A stretch of 64,000 nt of DNA from an uncultured Candidatus Saccharibacteria bacterium (lineage in GTDB: Bacteria > Patescibacteriota > Minisyncoccia > UBA9983), in NCBI GenBank assembly GCA_964456855.1, contig CAYWCU010000001.1, positions 8,442 to 72,441 of the forward strand, in the 5' to 3' direction. The notes below the pieces were generated by a model. That model saw only the letters and a list, made by a program, of their open reading frames with translations. It searched no databases and was not told the DNA's origin. Both the position numbers and the translations under genes were made by a program. This document shows positions 30,081 through 40,785 of this stretch, piece by piece (the first letter of the stretch is position 1; each line of letters opens with the position of its first letter).

Positions 30081-31725
30081 TAAAACAAAACTTCAGATGA
30101 CTTTTGACCCATTGGTTATAGATGACCTTGGTGCAAAACTTTATTCTACTTTACCGCCGATAATTTCTGAATTAATTGCAAATGGTTATGATGCTTGTGC
30201 AAAAAAAGTATTTATAGAGCTAACAGGGGCGGGTGAAGATAAAAAAATTATTATTACAGATGATGGTTTCGGTATGAGTTTCGATGAGATTGATGATAAA
30301 TATTTACGAATAGGTCGTAAAAGACGAGAAGTTGCCGATGAAAAAATTGAATGTGAAAGACTCCCAATTGGAAAAAAGGGGTTAGGTAAATTAGCTTTTT
30401 TTGGTATTGCAAAAAAAGCAGTTATAAAAACTGTAAACAATGGAGAAGAGATTATATTTGAAATGAATTGGGACAAAATTCAAGATACCCCAGAAGGGGA
30501 TGATTATGAGCCAGTTTTTAGCAGAAAAAAAACTACTGAAAATAATGGTACAGAGATTATTTTATCTGAGATAGACAGAAAATCTGATTTTAAAACAGAG
30601 AGTCTTAAAATTAGTATTTCAAACTATTTTATCTTTGATGAAGATTTTAAGGTTTTTATCAAAGATGATTCAATGGGAAACTTTGAGGAGATTGATAATG
30701 AAATTAGATACAAACAAGGTGACAGGGGGAAAGATTTTTCATGGTCGTTTCCAGAAGTTGTCAAAAAACTTGAATTGGAAAAAGAATTTCCGTTTGCCCT
30801 AGATATTAAGGGTAAAATTATTTTATTTAATTTACCAGTTAAAAATAAGCTAAGAGGTGTTACTTTATTTTCTAGAAAAAAATTAGTAAGTCTCCCAGAA
30901 TCATTTCCAGTTCAGGGATCGAGTCATTTCTATCAATATTTAACTGGTTGGCTAGAAATAGATTTTATAGATAATCTAAAGCCAGATGTTATTGCCACAA
31001 ATAGAAGTAGTCTTAATTGGAATGATGAAAATCTTGAACAATTACAATTATTTTTGGAAAAAATAATAAATTATATACACAGAGAATGGAGAGTTCTCAT
31101 AGAAAACAGAAAAGAGAAAAGAGTGAAAGAGAAATATGGCGTAGATATTCCAGTATGGAGAGAAACCAACAAAAATAATCCTACAATTGTTAAAAATATT
31201 GATAAACTTGCTAAAGTATTTAATGAACCAGAAAAAATTGGCGAAAGTGAGGCGATAGATGTTTTAGGAATTGTATATGGTCTTGCTCCAGAAAATGCCG
31301 ATTTTGTACTCTGGTCTGGATTACACCAAAAAATAACGGAAAATACTCTTATAAAAGAATCTTTTTTTGCTGGGAAATATTTAGCAGCATCACGTGAAGC
31401 GGTACAAATTTATAATGAAACTGTGCAAAGTGTGTCTGGTTACGATGAAGCCGATTATGCTTTAATGGAAAAATCATACGGAAAAGAAGGACATAAGAAA
31501 ATTTGGGTTACAAACAAGTCTAATGATAATGAGAAAAATATAGATGAAGGGCAAAAACTAATTTCACAAGGAATAATGGTTGGTTTTAAGAATCCTGGTG
31601 TTAGCCACACAAGTCTCACGAAAGGACTGCAAAATAATGACTTTTCTCCACGAAATTGTTTGGATATATTAAGTACAATATCTTATTTATTTGACAGACT
31701 AGAGAAACGAAAACAACCAAGATAG
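30067..31725 (+). CDS. GHKL/MORC-like ATPase with TIGR02391-like C-terminal domain
   Basis: ELIANGYDA, DDGFGM, GKKGLGKLA, GTEI; C-terminal EGQKLI...FKNP..H. Confidence 0.82.
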   Translation: MTKNNKTKLQMTFDPLVIDDLGAKLYSTLPPIISELIANGYDACAKKVFIELTGAGEDKKIIITDDGFGMSFDEIDDKYLRIGRKRREVADEKIECERLPIGKKGLGKLAFFGIAKKAVIKTVNNGEEIIFEMNWDKIQDTPEGDDYEPVFSRKKTTENNGTEIILSEIDRKSDFKTESLKISISNYFIFDEDFKVFIKDDSMGNFEEIDNEIRYKQGDRGKDFSWSFPEVVKKLELEKEFPFALDIKGKIILFNLPVKNKLRGVTLFSRKKLVSLPESFPVQGSSHFYQYLTGWLEIDFIDNLKPDVIATNRSSLNWNDENLEQLQLFLEKIINYIHREWRVLIENRKEKRVKEKYGVDIPVWRETNKNNPTIVKNIDKLAKVFNEPEKIGESEAIDVLGIVYGLAPENADFVLWSGLHQKITENTLIKESFFAGKYLAASREAVQIYNETVQSVSGYDEADYALMEKSYGKEGHKKIWVTNKSNDNEKNIDEGQKLISQGIMVGFKNPGVSHTSLTKGLQNNDFSPRNCLDILSTISYLFDRLEKRKQPR

Positions 31726-31726
31726 C

Positions 31727-32134
31727 ATGAATGATAAGCTAGTTTCAAAAATCATAGAAAGAGATCGTATTTTTGGAAAGTTGTGTTTTGAGGCACAGGA
31801 TTCTTATAAACAAGAAAATTATTTTTCTGCATTGGCTTGTTTATTTGTTTTAGCAGAGCAAATTATAAAATTTTCTGTTGATAGAGTTGATGGTAATTTT
31901 CATAAAGCAATTATAGAAGCAAGAGAAAAGAATTTAATTAATGACATAGAATTTCAATTTCTTAATTCTTTGAGAGAAGTAAGAAATAAAATATTTCATG
32001 AGAGTCATTATCCGACAGGTCTTGAAATTGAAGGCAAGTTTTGGTCATTTAGTGAGAACGAAACAAAAGAGTTAATTTATAGAGAATTTTCTCCAAAAGT
32101 ATTTAGATTAGTATTTAAGTTAGTTGCATTTTAA
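31727..32134 (+). CDS. HEPN/DUF4145-like protein
   Basis: LREVRNKIFH (Rx4H-like) in a helical protein. Confidence 0.6.
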   Translation: MNDKLVSKIIERDRIFGKLCFEAQDSYKQENYFSALACLFVLAEQIIKFSVDRVDGNFHKAIIEAREKNLINDIEFQFLNSLREVRNKIFHESHYPTGLEIEGKFWSFSENETKELIYREFSPKVFRLVFKLVAF

Positions 32135-32194
32135 GAGAGCAACGCTTGCGTACACAAAACTTATCAATTATCAGTAAAACTTTAATAAAAATAT

Positions 32195-33478
32195 ATGAAC
32201 AAAATTATATGTCCGAATTGTAAAAAAGATTTTGAGATGGATGATGCCGGCTTTGCTGATATTTTAAAGCAAGTTAGAGATGAGGAATTTAACAAAGATC
32301 TAAAAGAACGGGAGCTGATATTCATTAAGGATAAAGAAAACGCTGTTAAGCTTGCCGAGGCTAATATCACAAAAACACTACAAGAAAATCTTGCGAAAAA
32401 AGACAAAGAATTGGCTGAACTGAAAGCTGAAAAAGAACTTGAACTTGTTGAGCTTTTGGCTAAGAAAGAATCTGAAATAGCTGATATGAAATCAAAAATG
32501 GATAGTGTAGAGATTGAGAAAAAACTCGCTGTAACTGAGGCGGTTAATTCTGTTGAAAAAGAGCGAGATGAACTGGCTGGTGAATTAAAAAGCAAAGATA
32601 CAGAGAAACAATTGCTTGAAACATCGTTAAAAGAAAAGTTTTCTGACGAACTTAAAATTAAAGACAATATCATTAAGATGAAAGACGAGGAAATTGCTCT
32701 TCGTAAAGATATGAAAATTAAACTCTCAACTAAAATGGTCGGGGAAACCTTAGAGCAGCATTGCGAAACCGAATTTAATAAACTTCGCGCCACTGGTTTC
32801 CAAGACGCGTATTTTGAAAAAGACAACGACGCAAAAACCGGTAGCAAGGGTGATTATATTTATCGCGAAACTGATAAGGTTGGAAATGAAATTATTTCTA
32901 TAATGTTTGAAATGAAAAATGAAGGCGATGAGACCGCTACCAAGAAAAAAAATGAAGACTTTTTACGCGAACTTGATAAAGACCGTAAAGAAAAGAAATG
33001 CGAGTATGCTGTCCTTGTTACGCTATTGGAAGCCGAAAATGAACTATACAATACTGGTATCGTTGATGTTTCTCATAAACATTCCAAAATGTATATAGTT
33101 CGCCCGCAATTTTTCATCCCCATAATAACTCTGTTGCGTAACGCATCAATGAACTCCCTTAAATATAAAGCCGAGCTTGCCTTGGTAAGAAATCAAAATA
33201 TTGATATTACAAACTTTGAAGATAATGTAAATAAATTTAAAGAAGGATTCGCAAAAAATTACGATTTGGCTAGTCGTAAATTCAAAAACGCCATTGAAGA
33301 AATAGACAAAACTATAAACCATCTCCAAAAAACTAAAGATGCGCTATTGTCGTCTGAAAATAACCTCCGGCTCGCTAAGAATAAAGCAGAAGATCTGACA
33401 ATTAAAAAACTAACGCGCGGGAATACTACAATGACAGCTAAATTTGAAGAAATTTCCAATCCCAATAAAACAACATAG
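32195..33478 (+). CDS. DUF2130 coiled-coil protein
   Basis: CPNC N-terminus, coiled coil, [21 protein letters not shown]. Confidence 0.88.
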   Translation: MNKIICPNCKKDFEMDDAGFADILKQVRDEEFNKDLKERELIFIKDKENAVKLAEANITKTLQENLAKKDKELAELKAEKELELVELLAKKESEIADMKSKMDSVEIEKKLAVTEAVNSVEKERDELAGELKSKDTEKQLLETSLKEKFSDELKIKDNIIKMKDEEIALRKDMKIKLSTKMVGETLEQHCETEFNKLRATGFQDAYFEKDNDAKTGSKGDYIYRETDKVGNEIISIMFEMKNEGDETATKKKNEDFLRELDKDRKEKKCEYAVLVTLLEAENELYNTGIVDVSHKHSKMYIVRPQFFIPIITLLRNASMNSLKYKAELALVRNQNIDITNFEDNVNKFKEGFAKNYDLASRKFKNAIEEIDKTINHLQKTKDALLSSENNLRLAKNKAEDLTIKKLTRGNTTMTAKFEEISNPNKTT

Positions 33479-33482
33479 AAAA

Positions 33483-33776
33483 ATGAACTACATAATTTTA
33501 ATCATCGTTGGTATTGTTGGAATTGCGCTTGGGGCGTCTTTTGCGCGAAAACGGAAAAGTGGTTTGATTGCAAGGCAGGCAAGGAAAAAAACGGAGAGTA
33601 AGGAAAAGGTTTTGGAGTTTTTGCGGGAGAACGGGAAAATCAAAAATAACGATGTTGAGGGACTGGTTGGAGTTTCCAATGCCACGGCTGAGCGGTATTT
33701 GGACGAGCTGGAGAAAGAAGGAAAACTGACACAGTGTGGAAATATCGGACAAAATGTTTTTTATACGCTAAGGTAG
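33483..33776 (+). CDS. Membrane-anchored winged-helix protein
   Basis: N-terminal TM, NNDVEGLVGVSNATAERYLDELEKEG. Confidence 0.78.
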   Translation: MNYIILIIVGIVGIALGASFARKRKSGLIARQARKKTESKEKVLEFLRENGKIKNNDVEGLVGVSNATAERYLDELEKEGKLTQCGNIGQNVFYTLR

Positions 33777-33808
33777 CGATTAACTCAACGCCGTTGAGTT
33801 AATCGCTA
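33774..33808. repeat. Perfect palindrome, 17-bp arms
   Basis: tagcgattaactcaacg-c-cgttgagttaatcgcta. Confidence 0.85.
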
Positions 33809-33904
33809 TCAGATAAAAATAAATCGCAAAAGTGGCGGTATTTTGAAAAATAGAGGGCAGAAGCAACATTATGTTTTTTGTCAATTTTTTGGTATTATGT
33901 CTAT

Positions 33905-34921
33905 ATGAAATTTCCTCGCTCAAAAAAAGTCATTTTTTCAAACAATAAAGGCGGGGTTGGGAAAACTACCCTTGCTTTTAATTGCGCTGTTTCGTTTGCT
34001 CAAAAAGGATACAAAACCGTCTTGATAGACCTTGACCCGCAGTGCAATCTTAGCCGACTTGCCATGGGTGAAGATTATTACAGAAAACATCTTTTTTCTG
34101 AGAGTGAAAAAACCGTTGCCGATGTGTTGAAAGGAATTGTGCGTGGAGGGTCAGATATTGACCTGACTGCGCAGTTTTTGCCTGTCAATGCAAGCCCCAA
34201 TCTTTCTTTATTAAAAGGGGACATTAATCTTTCATTGTATGAAAGTCTTTTGATAACCGCATACGGTCAGGCCGCTTCCGGGCAACAGATAGGATATTTT
34301 CAGACAAGCGCGATAGATCGTTTTTTAAGAGAGAAAGGGTTAAGTGAAGAAATTGACATTTTTGTCATTGATACATCGCCGAGCCTCGGGCTTCTTAATC
34401 AAGTAATTTTACTCGGCGCGGATTATTTCATAGTGCCAGTTTTACCGGACGCTTTCAGTGTTCAAGGTATAGAAAATTTGGGAACAGTATATGAAAGATG
34501 GAAAATAAACTGGAAAAATAGCGCCAAGGCTCTTGCTGGAGACACAGAGACAAAATTTGTTTTACACGGAGACCCCCTTTTCGCAGGATATATAATTAAT
34601 TCATATAATGTATATGGTGAACAGCCAATATCTGATCATCGCGCTTGGATGAAAAAAATACCAAACAAAGTTAGAGAGTATCTCTCTGAAAAGCACTGCA
34701 GAAATGGACTAGTGGAGAGTAGTTGGAAAAACCCTTTGCAGATTGTGCAGGATTATGGAAGAATTCCCTCAAAATGCCAAGAATTGGGTGTCGCGATTTT
34801 TAACCTAAATCCTTCGCAAGTAGCGGATCATCACCAAGGCACTAAAGAAAATATTGAAAAATCAAAAGAAGAATTTAAAAGTCTTTCAGAAAATATTATA
34901 AATATCTTAAAGAGCTATTAG
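33905..34921 (+). CDS. ParA/Soj-family ATPase (orphan)
   Basis: NNKGGVGKTT, DLDPQCNLS, IDTSPSLG. Confidence 0.9.
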   Translation: MKFPRSKKVIFSNNKGGVGKTTLAFNCAVSFAQKGYKTVLIDLDPQCNLSRLAMGEDYYRKHLFSESEKTVADVLKGIVRGGSDIDLTAQFLPVNASPNLSLLKGDINLSLYESLLITAYGQAASGQQIGYFQTSAIDRFLREKGLSEEIDIFVIDTSPSLGLLNQVILLGADYFIVPVLPDAFSVQGIENLGTVYERWKINWKNSAKALAGDTETKFVLHGDPLFAGYIINSYNVYGEQPISDHRAWMKKIPNKVREYLSEKHCRNGLVESSWKNPLQIVQDYGRIPSKCQELGVAIFNLNPSQVADHHQGTKENIEKSKEEFKSLSENIINILKSY

Positions 34922-35015
34922 AATTCAACTGTTTTTTTGGTTGCGGGGATGAAGTGTTTGTGGTATTGTTATTGCAATCAAAAGTCCTGCGGGGCTTTTT
35001 TTATGAATAAGCATT

Positions 35016-36497
35016 ATGTCAAAAGGAGAAACAATAGTTCGGTTTAATGATGTGTCTTTCGGATACAGCGCCAAGAAGCCCATTTTGGATGAGGTTAATT
35101 TTAATGTCCGCCGTGGCGCCAAAGTCGCGCTTATGGGGCAGAACGGCGCCGGGAAAAGCACTCTCTTTCACCTCATAACAAAAAGCATCCTCCCTGAGGA
35201 CGGCGCTATTCATCTTGCCCCCAACCTCTCTATCGCGATGGCGCGCCAGGTTATCCCTCGGGAAGACTTGAACCTCACCACGCGGGAATTTTTTGAAAAG
35301 TGTTTTAACGAAAAGGTGTATGACATAGATCCCAAAATAGACAAGGTTTTGGGGGCGGTAAATCTCTCCGCACCGAAAGAACGGCTTATCAAAGATTTTT
35401 CCGGAGGACAGCAGGCGCGAATCCTTTTGGCGTCCGCCTTGATACAAAATCCGGATTTGCTTCTGCTTGACGAGCCGACCAATAATCTTGACAAAGAGGG
35501 TATCGCCCACCTGACGAAGTTTTTGGTTGATTACAAAAAAACGGTTATTGTCATTTCCCATGACGCGGACTTTTTAAACGCCTTCACGCAGGGGGTGCTG
35601 TATCTGGATATTTTCACATTGAAGATGGAGCAATACACGGGAAACTACAAAGACGTGGTGAGAGAAATTTCCATCCGCGTGGAGAAAGAGATAAGAAAAA
35701 ACGCCCAATTTGAAAAACATATTCAAGAGAAAAAGGACAAGGCGAATTTTTTCGCCAACAAGGGAGGAAGAATGAGGGTCTTGGCGAAGCGGATGCGCGA
35801 AAGCGCCACGGAGGCGGAAGAGTCAAAGGTGGAGGTGCGGCGGGAAGACAAAACAATCCGGAAATTTATCATAGGCGTGAAAGAACACCATGTCGGAGAA
35901 ATCTTGCGTATTGATTCCCTCTCAATAATGAAAGGCGATAAAATCGTTGAGTGCGAGGCGCGCGTTTCATTGCTTAAAAACAGGCATCTGCTTTTAAGCG
36001 GACCGAACGGAATCGGAAAAACGACATTGCTGGAGCATTTGGCGCGTGGCGGCTCGGACGGAACGAAAATATCGGAGGGTGTGAGGGTGGGATATTATCG
36101 GCAGGACTTTTCAACGCTTGATTTCGGTAAAACGGTGTACGATACATTGGAATCGGTTATGGACAAGCCGGATGAACAGGATATGCGAAGCGTCGCGGCG
36201 GGATTTCTGATTGACGGCGACCTTATGTACGCGAAAGTGGGAAACCTGTCCGAGGGACAAAAAGGGCTTGTCGCGTTCGCCCAGCTCGCCTTGCTGCGTC
36301 CCAACCTTTTAATACTTGACGAACCCACCAACCACATAAATTTCCGCCACCTGCCCGTTATCGCGAAAGCGTTGGATCAATACGAAGGGGCGATGGTGCT
36401 TGTTTCCCATGTTCCGGAGTTTGTGAAAAAAATCCGCATTGACGACACGCTTGACCTTGATAAACTTGAACCGCTCAAAAAGGCGAAGGCGAAATAG
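35016..36497 (+). CDS. ABC-F family ATPase
   Basis: Two ABC domains (GQNGAGKS, GPNGIGKT, DEPTN twice), no TM. Confidence 0.92.
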   Translation: MSKGETIVRFNDVSFGYSAKKPILDEVNFNVRRGAKVALMGQNGAGKSTLFHLITKSILPEDGAIHLAPNLSIAMARQVIPREDLNLTTREFFEKCFNEKVYDIDPKIDKVLGAVNLSAPKERLIKDFSGGQQARILLASALIQNPDLLLLDEPTNNLDKEGIAHLTKFLVDYKKTVIVISHDADFLNAFTQGVLYLDIFTLKMEQYTGNYKDVVREISIRVEKEIRKNAQFEKHIQEKKDKANFFANKGGRMRVLAKRMRESATEAEESKVEVRREDKTIRKFIIGVKEHHVGEILRIDSLSIMKGDKIVECEARVSLLKNRHLLLSGPNGIGKTTLLEHLARGGSDGTKISEGVRVGYYRQDFSTLDFGKTVYDTLESVMDKPDEQDMRSVAAGFLIDGDLMYAKVGNLSEGQKGLVAFAQLALLRPNLLILDEPTNHINFRHLPVIAKALDQYEGAMVLVSHVPEFVKKIRIDDTLDLDKLEPLKKAKAK

Positions 36498-36596
36498 AAG
36501 CACGGTTGCCCAGCATGAATCCTTAATGCACGTTTCCGGCGTCGCACGTTTTATTGCATTGTAATGCGTCGTTCCTTCATATAGAATTAAGTTATC

Positions 36597-38021
36597 ATGG
36601 AAAACAGAAATTTGGGAAATTGGATCCGCTATTCGGTTACCTTTCGGATTGCTGTCGTCGGGATACTGGCGCTGCTCCTTTTGATTCCGGTCGGAATGGT
36701 AAGAAACCTTATCAATCAACGGGAGTTCACGAAGAAAACCGCGGAATCGGAAATAAGCCAAAAATGGGGCGGGCAACAGACAATCGCCGGACCCATACTT
36801 TCGGTGCCCTATAAAAAATTCATGATAAACGGCAGAGGGGAACGCGTCGCGATAACTCAATACGCTCATTTTTTGCCGGAAAAACTCTCAATCAACACCG
36901 CTATAAAACCGCAGATAAGGTCGCGGGGAATTTTTGACGCGGTTGTTTACTCCTCTGAAATAAATTTCTCCGGAAAATTCACTCGCCCGAATATTAAAGA
37001 TTTGGGAATAAAAGAAGGAGAAGCGGACTGGAGCAAGGCATTCGTTTCCGTGGGCATTTCCGATACGAGGGGTATTGAAGATAACATAAAACTTGATTGG
37101 AACGGCTCCGCCGTTGAATTCAAGCCCGGAGTTCCGACCAATGATGTGATACGCGGTGGCGTTCAAAACTATGATATGGAGCCGTATTACGGAAAAATGG
37201 AAAGACAGCAGAGATTGATTGTCCCCTCACCCACCCGAAACGCCGGGCAAAATTCCGGAATCAGCGCGCGACTGCCGTTGAATGAAAGTGTCGGAGAATA
37301 CCAATTTTCTTTCAAATTGAATCTTGCGGGAAGCCGGGACATCCAATTCGTTCCCGTCGGTAGAACAACGGAAATAACAATGAAATCGGACTGGAACGCT
37401 CCCAGTTTCAGCGGAGCGTTCCTGCCGGACAAACGGACGGTTTCGGAAAAAGGATTTGAGGCGTCTTGGAAAATTCTTGATCTGAACAGAGGGTATCCGC
37501 AGGCATGGCTCGGTGGCGCCTACAATGTGTATTCGTCCGCCTCCGGCGTGAAGCTTTTGATAACCGTTGACGATTACAAAAAGGCTCAGCGCAGTGTTAA
37601 ATACTCCCTGCTCATAATCGCCCTCACCTTTCTCATCTTCTTCTTCAGTGAGATTTTCAATAAAAAAAGAATACACCCCGTGCAATATATTTTGGTCGGG
37701 CTGGCAATAGTTTTGTTTTACGCCCTTCTTGTTTCAATTTCCGAGGTTGCTGGGTTCGGTTGGGCATATCTGGCATCAAGTGTCGCGACAATCGGCTTGA
37801 TTACGCTCTATTCAAAAAGCGTTTTGGCGAACAAAAAAATGGCGCTGTTGCAGGGAACCATTCTCTCTTTCCTTTATCTCTTTATATACATAATACTCCA
37901 GCTTGAGGACTACGCCCTGCTTATGGGGAGCATATTGCTATTTTTGATTTTAGCCGCTATTATGTATCTCTCAAGGAAAGTTGACTGGTACGCGGTCGGA
38001 GAAGACGCGCGAAACGATTGA
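36597..38021 (+). CDS. creD: Inner membrane protein CreD
   Basis: WGGQQTIAGP, PSFSGAFLP, IHPVQYILVG, LEDYALLMGS, RKVDWY. Confidence 0.92.
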   Translation: MENRNLGNWIRYSVTFRIAVVGILALLLLIPVGMVRNLINQREFTKKTAESEISQKWGGQQTIAGPILSVPYKKFMINGRGERVAITQYAHFLPEKLSINTAIKPQIRSRGIFDAVVYSSEINFSGKFTRPNIKDLGIKEGEADWSKAFVSVGISDTRGIEDNIKLDWNGSAVEFKPGVPTNDVIRGGVQNYDMEPYYGKMERQQRLIVPSPTRNAGQNSGISARLPLNESVGEYQFSFKLNLAGSRDIQFVPVGRTTEITMKSDWNAPSFSGAFLPDKRTVSEKGFEASWKILDLNRGYPQAWLGGAYNVYSSASGVKLLITVDDYKKAQRSVKYSLLIIALTFLIFFFSEIFNKKRIHPVQYILVGLAIVLFYALLVSISEVAGFGWAYLASSVATIGLITLYSKSVLANKKMALLQGTILSFLYLFIYIILQLEDYALLMGSILLFLILAAIMYLSRKVDWYAVGEDARND

Positions 38022-38070
38022 TTTTTGAATAACCCCTTTCTTTTGGGTAAAAAAAGAAAAATAATTTATC

Positions 38071-39045
38071 ATGGCATTCATTGACGAAATAACAATATTC
38101 GCGAAGGCGGGAGACGGCGGTGACGGCGTCGTCCGCTGGCTGCACGAAAAAAGAAAGGAATTCGGCGGCCCCGCCGGTGGCGACGGTGGACGTGGGGGCG
38201 ATGTTTACGCGCGCGCCACCCGCAACATCCACCTCTTGTCAAAATACAAAACAAAGAAGAAACTGGAGGCTGGGCGGGGCGATGACGGCCAGGGCAAGAC
38301 TTTCAGTGGCGCGAACGGCGAAGACCTTGAGATAGAGCTTCCCATCGGGTCTATAATAACAAACGTAAAAACGGAAGAAAAAATACGCCTCTCTGAAGAA
38401 GGGGAAAAAGTTCTTCTGCTTCGCGGAGGTTTCGGAGGAAGGGGAAACAAATCATTCAAAAGTTCAACAAACAGAAGCCCCAAGCAATTCACGAAAGGAA
38501 AACCTGGCGAGGAGGCGGAGTTTTTCGTTGAAGTTGAGTTAATCGCTGATATCGGACTAATCGGACTTCCCAACGCCGGGAAAACAACACTTCTCAACGA
38601 AATGACGAACGCTCAAGCGAAAATCGGCGACTATCCATTCACAACCCTTGAACCAAACCTGGGAGAGTTTTACGGATACATAATATCTGACATTCCGGGG
38701 CTCATTGAAGGCGCGGCGGAAGGAAAAGGGTTGGGGCATAAATTCCTCCGCCATATCAGGCGCACAAAGATTTTAGTTCATCTGATTTCGCTTGAAAATG
38801 AAGACCCGGCAAGCGCCTACGGCGCAATAAGAAAAGAACTTGGAAAGTTTGACGAGGAACTGGTAAAAAAAAAAGAAATAGTGGTCCTGACCAAAACAGA
38901 CCTCATAGACGACAAAGAAAAACTTGATAAAATAATCGCAAAGATGAAAAAAGTAACGCCCGAAGTCATTGCCATAACGATGTATGACAATACGCAAATT
39001 AAGGCGCTCCAAAACAAACTCATCGGAGAGCTTTCCGGCGAATAA
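38071..39045 (+). CDS. obgE: GTPase Obg
   Basis: Gly-rich Obg fold, GLPNAGKT, YPFTT, DIPG. Confidence 0.96.
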   Translation: MAFIDEITIFAKAGDGGDGVVRWLHEKRKEFGGPAGGDGGRGGDVYARATRNIHLLSKYKTKKKLEAGRGDDGQGKTFSGANGEDLEIELPIGSIITNVKTEEKIRLSEEGEKVLLLRGGFGGRGNKSFKSSTNRSPKQFTKGKPGEEAEFFVEVELIADIGLIGLPNAGKTTLLNEMTNAQAKIGDYPFTTLEPNLGEFYGYIISDIPGLIEGAAEGKGLGHKFLRHIRRTKILVHLISLENEDPASAYGAIRKELGKFDEELVKKKEIVVLTKTDLIDDKEKLDKIIAKMKKVTPEVIAITMYDNTQIKALQNKLIGELSGE

Positions 39046-39101
39046 AACGGCATGTTCCAAAGCTAGAACATACCGAATGGTAAATTATTTTCAACCCCTC
39101 T

Positions 39102-40025
39102 TTACGCTTTCAAATATCTTCTTACGGCTATGAGGCTTGAAACAACGCCGAGGCCGACCCCGACAGACAGAATAATAAAGAATATTTGCGCAAAATTTGA
39201 GATGTAATAATCATATATGTTAATTGTTCCAAAAAAACTTTCAGTCATCGGACCCAGCCACATGGTCAAAGGATAAAAAACTAGCATCGTTATCACGGTG
39301 GCGATTATGCCATACAAGAGACCTTCAACTACAAACGGACCGCTTATAAACCTGTTACTCGCCCCCACAAGGCGCATGACGCTTATTTCGTCCTTGGATG
39401 TGTAAATTGCCATACGAATGGTGTTAAAAACAACCAGAATGGAAATTATTATCAAAATAAGACTGATGGCAAAGCCGATTTTCTTTGAAGAATCCAAAAT
39501 CCTTGAAAGCCTCTCTATAATCATCTTGTTTTGCCGATAACTGATTTTATCTATTATTGAACCGACGCCCTCCATTTTGAGAGCGTCCTCAAGAAATTTG
39601 GCGATACTTGCGTATTGAGAAGTATTTTTCGCTTTAATATTAAGCGCCGCGCCGAGTGGATTGCTTCCAAGCTCTTCAAGTGATTGAGTAATCAAAGCGT
39701 TGTCTTTATGTCTTTCCTTGAAATCTTTCAGCTCCTGCTCGCGAGAAACATATTCAACATCCTTAACCTCGCTCAATTTCAGAAGGGAATTTTTCAAAAG
39801 AAAGATATCCGATTCAGCCGCGTCAGTTTTAAAATAGACGCTTATGTCAACTTTATTCTGAAGTTCGTCCAATGTTGAAAGAATTAACGCGCGCGAAAAA
39901 ATAATTGAACCGATTGTAAAGAGGGTCATTACCATTATCAAAACAGTCGCCAGGGAAACCCAGCCGTTCCTCCAAAAATTCACAAACCCCGCCTTCAACA
40001 CTCTTTTGATTTTTGTCGTTATCAT
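39102..40025 (-). CDS. ftsX: Cell division permease FtsX
   Basis: NTIRMAI, EISVMRLVGAS, PFVVEG; follows ftsE. Confidence 0.93.
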   Translation of the reverse strand: MITTKIKRVLKAGFVNFWRNGWVSLATVLIMVMTLFTIGSIIFSRALILSTLDELQNKVDISVYFKTDAAESDIFLLKNSLLKLSEVKDVEYVSREQELKDFKERHKDNALITQSLEELGSNPLGAALNIKAKNTSQYASIAKFLEDALKMEGVGSIIDKISYRQNKMIIERLSRILDSSKKIGFAISLILIIISILVVFNTIRMAIYTSKDEISVMRLVGASNRFISGPFVVEGLLYGIIATVITMLVFYPLTMWLGPMTESFFGTINIYDYYISNFAQIFFIILSVGVGLGVVSSLIAVRRYLKA

Positions 40026-40048
40026 AAAATTTTCAAAAACAAATAATT

Positions 40049-40735
40049 TTAAAGCACATATCTTCCTTTTTTGTCATCGCGAATAATTTTTCCGTTCTCA
40101 AGGGTTATCACTCTCTTTCCCAAAGAATCTATAGCGGATTTATTGTGAGTCGCCATAAGAACCGTCGTCCCCAACTCGTTTATTTTTTTTAAAATCTGCA
40201 CAATTTCCCAACCGTTCAGCGGATCAAGATTACCGGTCGGTTCATCCGCTATGACGACATCGGGCTGATTGACAATGGCTCGCGCGATGGCGACTCTCTG
40301 CCTTTCCCCCCCGGAAAGCTGGCTCGGAAAATGAGTGGCTTTATCCATCAGATTAACCAATTCCAACACTTGCGGAATACTCTCGGAAATTTCTTTGTTC
40401 GTCTTCCCCGCCGCTTCCATCGCAAAAGATATGTTTTCATAGGCGGTCTTATTCGGAAGTAAACGAAAATCCTGGAAAACAACTCCTATCCTCCTTCTTA
40501 TGGCGGATAATTCATCTTGAGGAATGGAATGTATATTGACGGACCCGAAAAAAACCCTGCCCTTAGTGGGTTTGTCTTCGGCTATAAGAAGTTTCAGGAG
40601 TGTCGTTTTTCCGGCCCCGGACTGCCCGACAATAGAAATGAATTCTTGTGGCTCAACCGTAAAACTCACATCATCCAAAACCACCCCCGAGGGGTCTTTG
40701 GAATAAATTTTTGAAACTTTGTCAAAATAAATCAT
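40049..40735 (-). CDS. ftsE: Cell division ATPase FtsE
   Basis: GQSGAGKT, IGVVFQDFRLL, LSGGE, DEPTGNLD. Confidence 0.95.
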   Translation of the reverse strand: MIYFDKVSKIYSKDPSGVVLDDVSFTVEPQEFISIVGQSGAGKTTLLKLLIAEDKPTKGRVFFGSVNIHSIPQDELSAIRRRIGVVFQDFRLLPNKTAYENISFAMEAAGKTNKEISESIPQVLELVNLMDKATHFPSQLSGGERQRVAIARAIVNQPDVVIADEPTGNLDPLNGWEIVQILKKINELGTTVLMATHNKSAIDSLGKRVITLENGKIIRDDKKGRYVL

Positions 40736-40785
40736 ATTTGTTAGCCAACAGTATCCAGTTTGTTGCCGATAGAATTAAAACTCCT

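Noticed and set aside
18568-34921. Prophage or ICE integrated at tRNA-Gln
   Set aside because: No integrase, structural or conjugation genes; the duplicated tRNA end is only about 120 bp away, not at the far edge of the island
33905-34921. Chromosome or plasmid partition locus
   Set aside because: No parB or parS adjacent; looks like an island-associated orphan ParA
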